A stretch of DNA of 64,000 bases from the human T2T-CHM13v2.0 reference genome, Homo sapiens: the NCBI RefSeq assembly GCF_009914755.1, contig NC_060947.1; one strand, written 5' to 3'. Positions within the stretch are counted from its first letter, which is position 1; each line of letters opens with the position of its first letter. Below the pieces are notes generated by a model. That model made no database searches. It had not been told where the DNA came from and saw only the letters and a program-made list of their open reading frames with translations. Both the position numbers and the translations under genes were made by a program. Of this stretch, positions 1 through 11,092 are shown piece after piece.

Positions 1-727
1 TTGACATGCCATATGCTCTCCAGACCAAGAGTGGAGATAGACCTGAAAGTGTCATGTGCCTCCAGACCAAGGGCAGAGAGTGATGCCCACTTTGTGGTGG
101 GGGTGGGGTGGGGGAGACCCTCCATTCCTAGAAAATCACAAAAATGCCTTCTTTGAGCTATATTTCTGGTTACTATGACATTCCCTGGGTCTTGCGAAAC
201 AAGATTATTTGCCTGAACTGTAAAACTTCCCACACATTGCATGCACAGAGAAGATAAGAGATATGATGGTTGTAGACAGGAAAGGAGGAAACTATGATAC
301 GAAAGTTGGAGATCCTGTTGCTGACAGGGGTGGTTGGAAGCTGGGGTCAGTTCAGAAGCCTTTGGATAACACTGGGGGGTAGCCCCCACCAGAAATCCTC
401 AATTGCTCCAGGACTTCTTCCAACCCCCTGTGATGGCTAAGTCCTCCAGGAAAAGAAGCTGATTCAAACATGGCCAATATGCCCAGCAACCCATGGGTAC
501 TGGGGGATTATCCATGTTCTCCCCAGCAAGCCTACCCCCAAGTCTTGTAAGGCTGGCAGCCAAACTAATCATTTTTAAATGGCTGAAGGGGGCCCAGTAT
601 TTGGTTTGATTTGGTTCTAAAATGGAGGCCAAGAGCCTTGGAATGAAAGAACAGAGTTGAAGTTCACTCCTCTAGTCACCGTTTTGATGAGTGTTGTACC
701 TTGGTATCTTGGACGAGGTCCCCAGTA
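1..727 (-). mobile_element. ERV1 internal 5' leader (HUERS-P3-like), continues beyond left edge
   Basis: Directly follows the LTR and PBS on the minus strand. No intact gag frame. Confidence 0.75.
706..724 (-). promoter_or_regulatory. Retroviral primer-binding site, tRNA-Pro type (degenerate)
   Basis: Minus strand reads TGGGGACCTCGTCCAAGAT, 3 nt after the LTR terminal CA. The tRNA-Pro PBS is TGGGGGCTCGTCCGGGAT. Confidence 0.8.
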
Positions 728-1342
728 TGAAACAGCTACATTGTCTGGGGTATATACCCTGGGGTTCGTCGTTGCATGTCAGGAAAATTTAGGACACGAA
801 CACAGATGAGGAGTTTAGGAGAGGAGGTTTAATAGGCAGAAGAAAAGAGAAAGAGAAACAACTCTCTCTGAAGAGAGAGAGGGGTCTCCAAGTGGAAACG
901 ATCAGCTGGTGGCAGATGCACTGGATTTTATAGCCAGGTTTGAGGAGGTAGTATCAGATTTATGTAGGGCTCAGAGATTGGTTTGATCAGGTATGACGTA
1001 TACATAATGCATGAGAAAAGCTGATCACCCCACCCTAATCTTATTATGCAAATGAGCTTTCCATTTAATTGGCACCATCTTATCTGCTTCTTACTATACA
1101 TGTGGCTGACAAAGAGAAGGGAAGATGGAGCCACCATCTTGAACATGTCCAGTCCTTATTTCCTGCTGGCATTCACCTGTACAAGCTCCCAGCTTGCTTG
1201 TCTATGTCTGCAGTTCAACTTCACATGTGGCTCTTTGTTAGAAAATGATTTGGAGCTGTTTTCAATTAAAAAGAAAAGCCTTACTGAGGACTCCCAGACC
1301 CTTACTATTTGCCTAAGTGATTTCTTCTTAACTCCTGTATCA
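728..1342 (-). mobile_element. 5' LTR, LTR9 family (HUERS-P3)
   Basis: Minus strand runs TGATACAGGAGTTAAGAAG...GCTGTTTCA with TG..CA ends. Contains CCAAT (977-981), TATAAAA (926-932) and ATTAAA, and is followed by a Pro PBS. Confidence 0.8.
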
Positions 1343-2510
1343 GCTGCATGGTATTCTATGGTGTATATGTACCACATTTTCTTTATCCAATCTGTTAGTG
1401 ATGGACATTTAGGTTGATTCCATGTCTTTGCTATTGTGAATAGTGCTGCAATGAACATACACGTGCATGTATCTTTATAATAGAATAATTAATATTCCTC
1501 TGGGCATATACCCAGTAATAGGATTGCAGAGTCAAATGTTCGTTCTGTTTTAGTTCTTTGAGAAATCACCACGCTGCCTTCCACAATGGTTGAACTAACT
1601 TACACTCCCAACAGTATATAAATGTTCCCTTTTCTCCACAACCTCACCAGCATCTGTTATTTTAAGAATTTTTAATAATAGCAATTGTGACTGGTGTGAG
1701 ATGGTAACTCATTGTGGTTTTGCTTTGCATTTCTCTAATGGGCAATGATAATGAGCATTTTTTCATATGCTTGTCGGCCACATGTATGTCTTCTTTTGAA
1801 AAGTGTTCATGTCATTTGCTCACTTTTTAATAAGGTTGTTTGTTTTTCTCTTGTAAATTTGTCTAAGTTCCTTATGGACGCTAGATATTAGACCTTTGTC
1901 AGATGCATAGTTTGCAAAAATTTTCTAACATTCTCTAGGTTGTCTGTTTACTCTGTTGATAGTTTCTTTTGCTGTGTAGAAGCTTTTTAGTTTAATGAGA
2001 TCCCATTTGTCAACTTTTGCTTTTGTTGCAATTGCTTTTGGTGTTTTCACCATGAAATCTTTGCTTGTGCCTATGTCTGGAATGGTATTGCCTAGGTTGT
2101 CTTCCAGGGTTTTCTAGTTTTAGGTTTTGCATTTAAGTCTTTAATCTATCTAGAGTTGATTTTTGTATATGATTTAAGGAAGGGGTTCAGATTCAGTCTT
2201 TGGCATATGGCTAACCATTTATCCCAGCACTATTTATTGAATAGGGAGTATTTTCCCCGTGGCTTATTTTCTCGGCTTCGTTGAAGATCAGGTGGTCATA
2301 GGTGAGCAGCTTTGTTTCTGGCTCCCTATTATGTTTCATTGGTCTAAGTGTCTGTTTTGGTGCCAGTACCATGCTATTTTGGTCTCTGTAGCCCTGTAGT
2401 ATAGTTTGAAGTCAGGTAACATGACACCTCCAACTTTGTTGTTTTTACCTTGGCTATTTAGGCTCTTTTTTGGTTCCATATAAATTTTAAAATAGTTTTT
2501 TCTAGTTCTG
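1343..2510 (-). mobile_element. 5'-truncated L1PA/L1PB, ORF2 C-terminal part, interrupted by the provirus
   Basis: ORF 1156..1458 begins MFIAALFTIAKTWNQPKCPS (L1 ORF2 C-terminus) and switches to LTR sequence at 1342. Confidence 0.92.
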
Positions 2511-3325
2511 GAGGAAAAATTATATTTCTTTTCAAAGAAACTAATTTACACTCCCAATTAGTTTCAGTCTTTGGCATATCTTTTAGGAACTTATCCATCC
2601 TGTTAAAAATATTTACAAGGAGAATATTATATGTAGACTGCAGTACCAGAATAGTGCCAGCACTCTATCTTTTTGCCCATGCAATTTTGTTTAATCCCAG
2701 CAGTCATTTCTTTGTTAAGCAGCAATAATTATTTATGTGTTGATAGTAGTAAAATATTTTTCAGGTAGTTAAATAGCTGAGTGGAAAGATAGAAGTAGGT
2801 TAAGGGCACAAAATAATTGAATGAAAATATCTCAGCAAAATAATCTTTAAAAAATGTTGCAAGGAATAAGCTCTTAAGTCTAGTAACTATAGTGTATAGT
2901 TTTAAGAAATTAGCTAAAGGAAAAAGATTTTTGAGTATTATAAGAGTCTGAACTTTGAATAATTTCCAAGAGAGAATGAAAATTCTACAACTATCATACC
3001 AGAAATAATAAAAATATTTTCTGGTCCAGCAGGGGCATGATATATTGACAAATGTGGAAGGACCAGGTCATTCAGACACCAGCGAAAAGGGATTGTCTGA
3101 TACTGATTATCAGACAATATATAGTACGCATGCACAAATTTATACCCAGTAAAATGTATATATTCATTGTTGGTTCAGATTTTGTTTTCTTTCATTTTTT
3201 TTTTTTTTGGTTTTTATAAAGTTGAGAAATGAAAATGTAGGTGTATGTTTTAAGAAAACATTTACATTGGAGAGACCCAGTTGCCAATTTAGTGAAGGTC
3301 CTGGTGATTTTAAAAGTAACTGTTA

Positions 3326-3601
3326 GGCCAGGCACGGTGGCTCACACCTGTAATCACAGCACTTTGGGAGGCCAAAGTGGGTGGATCACCTGAGGTCAGG
3401 AGTTTGAAACCAGCCTGTCCAACATGGTGAAACCCCATCTCTACTAAAAATACAAAAAATAGCTGGGTGTGGCCCCAGCTACCTGGGAGGCTGAGGCAGG
3501 AGAATCCCTTGAACCCGGGAGGCAGAGGGTGCAGTAGGCCTAGATCACACCACTGCACTCCAGCCTGGGCAACAAGAGCAAAACACCATCTCAAAAATGA
3601 A

Positions 3602-3632
<31 letters not shown>

Positions 3633-3640
3633 AACAAATA
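3326..3640 (+). mobile_element. AluS (Sq/Sx-like) with (AAAT)n tail and a short internal deletion
   Basis: Starts GGCCAGGCACGGTGGCTCAC. Dimeric structure. Degenerate TSD taaaagtaactgtta / taaaaataactctta. Confidence 0.95.
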
Positions 3641-6080
3641 AAAATAACTCTTAATTGGAACTTGTTCCTATTTGTGTGAACTGCTCTCAAAATCTTTTTA
3701 TAAATGAATGATTCATGTAACAACTACTTAAATATTTTAAGTACCCTGGTGTCCTTATATGGAAAATGGGATGATTAATATTGGCTTATTTTTAACACAT
3801 GCTTTCTATAAAGAATAACAAATAAAAATTATTGTAAATAACTTGATAAAGTACTAAGTATTGTACAAAGGTTTGCTCAACAGGAAGAACAGCAACAACA
3901 CTTTACATTCTATCAATGCCCCCACTTTAAATCAAGTAAGTTCTCACCTCCAATTCTTTGTGTAATTTACTGTCAAGCACAAAAAGTATTTCAATTTACC
4001 TGTGCTCACTGCTGCTGACACTTAACTCATTACCTTGTAAGTAAAGTGTTTTGAAAGCACTTTGAGAACTAAACAAACTAAATGTGAAATACAATTCTTT
4101 TATATTATCCCTTGCCCACTACTCTCTCTTACTTTTAATAAACAAACATTAATATTTCTGTTAATTCTTCAGAAGTATTAAAGATAGAGAAAAATAAATC
4201 CCTTGAACTCTAAATTCCTGTGGCATTTCCACCTCAATCTCACTTTCATTCTGATCTTAGATAAAACAAGAGGTTTAATTTGGAAAGAAATTATAAAAGC
4301 TGAAATTTATTTTGCATTTCTTTGGGGCCTTTATCATGACTGACAAAATAACGTACTGTTTGGATTTTAGAAAAAAAGACCTTTACTAGGTAAAACAGTA
4401 GAGCAGAGAGGCAGAATAATTTAAGAGATGCTCAAGGTGCTTCAGTATTTGAACTGTATATCCCCTCAGGATTTACAATCTCTTAACCCAAATAATCTGC
4501 CTACAACCTTCTCTTACATTTTCTTCTTAAAAACCTGTGTGCTCTCTATAAATTCAGTTTGTTCCATGGGGTTAGGACCAGAGTCACCTCCTTATCCAGA
4601 ATTCATTGTGTAAATGCTCAGAACTGTAATATACTAAGCTGTGGAGGAGAGGTTTATATTTTGTCTCTGCTCTTTTTCATTAATATGTTTTTATAATTAG
4701 AAAACATTTCCAGTTGGTATCATTGCCTTCCTTTCTGTATTCTTCTACATATGTGTGATTATGATTATTTTTATCTTCTTTTTCTTCCTCTTCTTTCTGT
4801 GGATTTTATATTGGTGATACCTTTTGCAACTGAGTACTAGATCCTACAATGGGTTAGAAATATTACATGTTGGCCAACATGGTGGTCTAGAAACAGTTGC
4901 AGTTGAAGGCTCCCACTGAGAAGAGCTAAAGTGATGAGTGAATCCTGCACCAGCAACTGAGGTTTCCAGGCTCTCTCACTGGGATGGACTAGGTGGTTGG
5001 TGCAATCTACGGAGAGCAAGGAAAAGCATGGTGGAACGATGGTCCACCTGGGAGCTGCATGGGGCAAGGGGAGCTCCCACCTCCAGCCAAGGTAGATGGT
5101 GATTGATTGTGCTACCCCACCCGGGAAATCACACTTTTTCTATTGATTGGTGCAACCTGCAGATCAGTAGCCCATGCCACCAGGGCCTTGGGTCCCAAGC
5201 ACAGAGATGTGCATATTCTCATCAGCCACTTGACTGGAGACTGCCTAACTAGTGAGTTCCTGGGGGGAAGGGTGGCTGTCATCACTGAGGCTGCCTGCTG
5301 CCTAAGATGACTGAGTTCCCTGGGGGAAGGGAGCAGCTATCACTGCAGTTCCAGTTTGCTGTTTCCCACTGCTGTTGCCAAGGAGAGTGGATGATTTGGA
5401 CCCAGAAAGAATTTCACACAGCACAGCACAGTGAGTGTGGCAGATCATGGCCAGACTGCCTCATTCCTCCTCATTGTGCTGGGCCTCCATGTGTTAATTT
5501 CAGCAACTCCACCCAGGGGTTTAGGGACAGAATTCTGATCTCCCTGGACTGAGCCACTGTGGGGAGGGGCGGCTACTGTCTCCATGAATCAGCAGACTTA
5601 GTCTTTCACCCTGCTGGCTCTGATAAATCCAGGCAGTTTGGATGTGTGGAATTCCCCCCAGCTCAGTGCACTCCCTCTGCCAAGGGGCAGCCAGAGTGCT
5701 TCATTAAGTGGGTCCATGATTCCATGCCTTCTGATTAGGTGAGAACCCCCAAAGGTGGTCAAAAGACACCTTATACAGGAGCATTCCCACAGCCATCAGG
5801 TTGGTGCCTCTCTGACACAGAATCCTCAGAGGAAGGAGCAGGCAGCCATATATTTTCTGTTCTGCAGCCTCCACTAACACCTCCAGGTGTGGGAGGGACC
5901 CAGGAAAATAAGGTCTGGAGTGGATCCCCAGCAAACCACAGCAGCCCTACAGAAGAGGGGCCTGACCATTAAAAGAAAAACAGACAGAAAGCAACAACAA
6001 CAGCATCAACAAAAGTCTCCACAAAAGCCCCAACCAAAGGTCAGCAGCCTCAAAGACTGAAGCTAGATAAACTCACCAAG

Positions 6081-7100
6081 ATGAGAAAGATCAATGAAAA
6101 AATGCTGAAAACTCAAAAACCCAGAGTGCTTCTTCTCCTCCACATGTCACAACACCTCTCCAGCAAGGGCACAGAACTGGGCTGAGGCTGAGATGGATGA
6201 ACTGACAGAAGTAGCTTCAGAAGGTGGGTAATAATAAACTTTGCTGAGCTAAAGGAGCACGTTCTGACCCAATGCAAAGAAGCTAAGTACAATGATAAAA
6301 CATTACAGGAGCTGTTAACCAGAATAACCAGTTTGGAGAGGAACATAAATGATGTGATGGAGCTGAAAAAACACAACAGAAGAACTTCACAATGCAACCA
6401 CATGTATCAATAGCTGAATAGACCAAGTGGAGAAAAGAATTTCAGCACTTGATGACTATCTTGCTGAAATAAGACAGGCAGGCAAGATTAGAGAAAAATG
6501 AATGAAGCAGAATGAACAAAACCTCCAGGAACTACAGGATTATGTAAAAAGACTGAACCAATGACTGATTGGGGTACCTGAAATAAATGGGGAGAATGGA
6601 ACCCAGTTGGAAAACATACTTCAGGATATCATCCAGGAGAACATCCCCAACCCAGCACGACAAGCCAACATTCAAATTCGGGAAATCCAGAAAACCCCAG
6701 TAAGATACTCCATGAGAAGATCAACCCCAAGACACATATTCTTCAGATTCTCCAAGGTCAAAATGAAGGAAAAATGTTAAGGACAACCAGAGAGAAAGGC
6801 CAGGTTACCTACAGAGGGAAGTCCATTAGACTAACAGCAGATCTCTCAGCAGAAACCCTACAAGCCAGAAGAGATTGGGGGACAATATTCAACATTCTTA
6901 AAGAAAAGAATTTTCCAGCCAGAATTTCAAATCTAGCCAAACAAAGCTTCATACGTGAAGGAGAAATAACATCCTTTTCAGACAAGCAAATGCTGAGGGA
7001 ATTCATAGCCACCAGGCCTGCCTTGCAAGAACTCCAGAAAGAAGCACCAAATATGGAAAAGAAAAACCATTACCAACCACTACAAAAACACACTGAAGTA
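6081..7100 (+). pseudogene. L1 ORF1p remnant (frameshifts and stops)
   Basis: ATG at 6081. Fragment 6774..7121 reads KGQVTYRGKSIRLTADLSAETLQARRDWGTIFNILKEKNF, the ORF1p C-terminal domain. Confidence 0.92.
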
Positions 7101-7166
7101 CAAAGACCAATGACACTATGAAGCAACTACATCAACAAGTCTGCAAAATAATCAGGTAGCGGCATG

Positions 7167-10100
7167 ATGATAGGATCAAATTCACACAAAACAATATTAA
7201 CCTTAAATGTAAATTGTCTAAATGCCCCAATTAGTAGACACAGAATGGCAAGCTGGATAAAGAATCAAGACCCATTGTAGTGCTGTATTCAAGAGACCCA
7301 TCCCATGTGCAAAGACACACATAGGCTCAAATAAATGGATGGAGGAAAATTTACCAAGCAAGTGGAAAGCAGAAGAAAGCAGGGTTTTGTAATCCTAGTT
7401 TCTGACAAAACTGACTTTAAACTAACAAAGATCAAAAAAGACAAAAAAGGGCATTACATAATGGTAAAGGGCTCAATTCAACAAGATCAAAATATTCCAA
7501 ATACATATGCACCCAATACAGGAACACCCAGATTCATAAAACAATTTCTTAGAAACCTACAAAGAGACTTAGATTCCCACACAAAAATAGTGGGAGACTT
7601 TAACACCCCACTGTCAATATTAGACAGATCATTGAAACAGAAATTTAACAAAGATATTCAGGACTTGAACTCAGCTCTGGATCAAGTGGAACTGATAGGT
7701 ATCTACAGAACTCTCCACCACAAAACAACACAATATACATTATTCTCTTTGCCACATGGCAGTTCTTCCAAAATTGATCACATAATTGGAAGTAAATTAC
7801 TCCTCATCAAATGCAAAATAACTGAAATTATAACAGTCTCTCAGGCCACAGCACAATCAAATAAGAATTCAAAATTAAGAAACTCACTCAAAACCACACA
7901 ACTCCATGGACATTGAACAACCTGTTCCTGAATGACTCCTGGGTAAATAATGAAATTAAGGCAGAAATCAAGAAGTTCTTTGAAACCAATGAGAAGAACA
8001 AAGAGACAACATACCAGAATCTCTGGGATGCAGCTAAAGCAGTGTTAAGAGGTAAATTTATGGCACTAAATGCTCACTTCAAAAAGCCAGAAAGCTCTCG
8101 GATAGACTTCCTAACATCACAACTAAAACAACTAGAGTGCCAAGAGAAAACAAGCCCCGAAGCTAGCAGAAAACAAGAAATAACCAAGATCAGAGCAGAA
8201 CTGAAGGAGAAAAGACATGAAAATCCCTTCAAAAATCAACTAACCCAGGAGGCATTTGTTTGTAAAAAAGTGATAGAATAGATAGACAGCTAGCTATACT
8301 AATAAAGAAGAAAAGAGAGGAGAATCAAATAGACATAATAAAGGGGATATCACTATTGACCCCACAGAAATACAACCATCAGAGAATACTATAAACGCCT
8401 ATATGCAAATAAACTGGAAAATCTAGAAGAAATGGATAAATTCCTGGACACATACACCCTCCCAAGTCTGAACCAGGAAGAAGTCGAATCCCTGAATAGA
8501 CGAATAACAAGTTCTGAAACTGAGGATGTAATAAATAGCCTACCAACAATAAAAAGCCCAGAACCAGAAAGATTTACCACTGTACTCTACCAGAGATATG
8601 AAGAGGCGCTGGTAACATTTCTTCTGAAACGATTTCAAACAATTGAAAACAAGGAACTCATTTCTAACTCATTTTATGAGGCCAGCATCATCCTGACACT
8701 AAAACCTGGCAGAGATACAACAAAAAAAGAAATCTTCAGACCGATATCCCTGATGAACATCAATGCAAATATTCTCAATAACATAGTGGCAAATCAAATC
8801 CAGTAGCACATCAAACAGTTTATCCACCACATTCATGTCAGCTTCATCCCTGGGATGCAAGGCTGGTTCAACATACAGAAATCAATAAACATAACTTGTC
8901 ACATAAACAAAACTAAAGACAAAAACCAGCTTCATCCCTGGAATGCAAGGCTAGATCAACATACACAAATCAATAAACATAATTTGCCACATAAAACTAA
9001 AGACAAAAACCACATGATTATTGCAGCAGACACAGAAAAGGCCTTTGATAAAATTCAACATTCCTTCATGTTAAAATCTCTCAATAAACTAGGTACTGTT
9101 GGAAGATACTTCAAAACAGTAAGAACCATTTATGACAAAACCACAGCTAATATCATACTGAATGGGCAAAAGATGGACGCATTCCCCTTGAAAACCAACA
9201 CAGGATGAGGATGCCCCCTCTCACCACTACATGGGATTGGAAGTTCTGGCCAGGGCAATTAGGCAAGAGAAAGAAATAAAGCATATTCAAATAGGATGAG
9301 AGGAAGTCTAACTGTCTCTGTTAGACAGTTAGATGACATTGTCTGTATCTAGAATATAGATATTCTAGATACAGAATTGCAGATGACATGGTCCTATATC
9401 TAGAAAACACATAGTCTCAGACCAAAAGTTTCTTAAGCTGAGAAGCAAATTCAGCAAAGTCTCAGGATACAAAATCAATGTGCAAAACTGCAAGCGTTCC
9501 TATACACCAATAATAGGCAAGCAGAGAGCCAAATCATGAATGAACTTCCAGTAACAATTGCTACAAAGAGAATAAAATACCTAGGAATAGAGCTAACAAG
9601 GGAAGTGAAGAACCTCTTCAAGAACTACAAACCACTGTACAAGGAAATCAGAGAGGACACAAACAAATGGAAAAACATTCCATGCTCATGGATTGGAAGA
9701 ATCAATATAGTGAAAATGGCCATACTGCCAAAAGTAATGTATAGATTCAATGCTATTCTCATCAAACTATCATAGACACTCTTCATAGAATTAGAAAAAA
9801 AATACTTTAAATTTAAATGAAACCAAGATAGAGCATGTATAGCCAAGACAATCCTAAACAAAAAGAAAAAAAACTGGAGGCATCATGCTACCTGACTTCA
9901 GACTATACTACAAGGTTACAGTAACTGAAACAGCATGGTACTGGTACAAAAACAGACACATAGACCAATGGAAGAGAATAGAGAACTTAGAAATAAGACT
10001 GCACATCTACAAGCATCTGATCTTCCAGAAACCTGACAAAAACAAGCAATGGGGAAAGGGTCTTCTATTTAGTAAATTGTTCTGGGTGAACTGGCTAGCC

Positions 10101-11092
10101 ATATGCAGAAAATTGAAACTGGACAACTTCCTTACACCTTATACAAAAATTAACTCAAGATGGATTAAAAACTGAAATGTAAAACCCACAACTATAAAAA
10201 CCTTAGAAGGAAGTCTAGGCAATATCATCCAGTACATAAGGAAGGGCCAAAATATTATGACAAAAACATCAAAATTAATGACAACTAAAGCAAAAATTGA
10301 CACATTAGATCTAATTAAACTAAATAGCTTCTGCACAGCAAAAGAAACTATCATCAGTGTGAACAGACAACCGAGAGAATGGGAGAAAATTTTTGCAATC
10401 TGTCCATCTGACAAAGGTCTAACATCCAAAATCTACAAGGAAGTTAAACAAATTTACAAGAACAAAACAACCCCATTAAAAAGTGGGCAAAGGACATGAA
10501 CAGACAGTTCTCAAAAGAAGACATTTATGTGGCCAACAAACATGTGAAAGCTCAACATCACTGATAATTAGAGAAATACAAATCAAAACCACAATGAAAT
10601 ACCGTCTCATGCCAGTCAGAATGGTGATTATTACAGTCAAGAAACAACAGATGCTGGTGAGGCTGTGGAGAAATAGGAATGCTTTTACACTATCGGTGGG
10701 AATGTAAATTACTTCAACCATTGTGAAACACAGTGTGGTGATTCTTCAAAACTCTAGAACCAGAAATACCATTTGACCTAGCAATCCCATTGCTGGGTAT
10801 ATAACCAAAGGAATATAAATCACTCTATTATAAAGACACATACACACGTATGTTCATTGTAGTACTATTCACAATAGCAAAGACATGGAATCAACCCAAA
10901 TGCCCATCAATGATAGACTGGATAAAGAAAATGTGGTACATATGCATCATGGAATACTATGCAGCCATAAAAAGGAGCAGAATCATGTCCTTTGCAAGGG
11001 CATGGATGGAGCTGGAAGCCATTATCCACAGCAAACTAATGCAGGAACAGAAAACCAAGCACCATATGCTCTCACTTATAAGTGGGAGCTGA
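7167..11092 (+). pseudogene. L1 ORF2p remnant (endonuclease, RT, C-terminal domain), disrupted
   Basis: Fragments carry VGDFNTPL and SKIDH (EN), [17 protein letters not shown] and IKYLGI (RT), and end in SLISGS*. Many stops and frameshifts. Confidence 0.95.

Noticed and set aside
17-72. Direct repeat ctccagaccaag
   Set aside because: Lies within the ERV leader and is probably intrinsic. Only two copies, so not an array.
3310-3723. 137-aa ORF (also 43218..43534 and 52362..52616)
   Set aside because: Antisense Alu translation products.
5240-5580. Repeated ctgag..ggggga(a)gggg units
   Set aside because: Most likely intrinsic tandem units of this L1 5'UTR type.
6081-11092. Cluster of ORFs with endonuclease and reverse-transcriptase motifs as a novel or active system
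   Set aside because: Ordinary decayed LINE-1, with many stops, frameshifts and an insertion at the RT active site.
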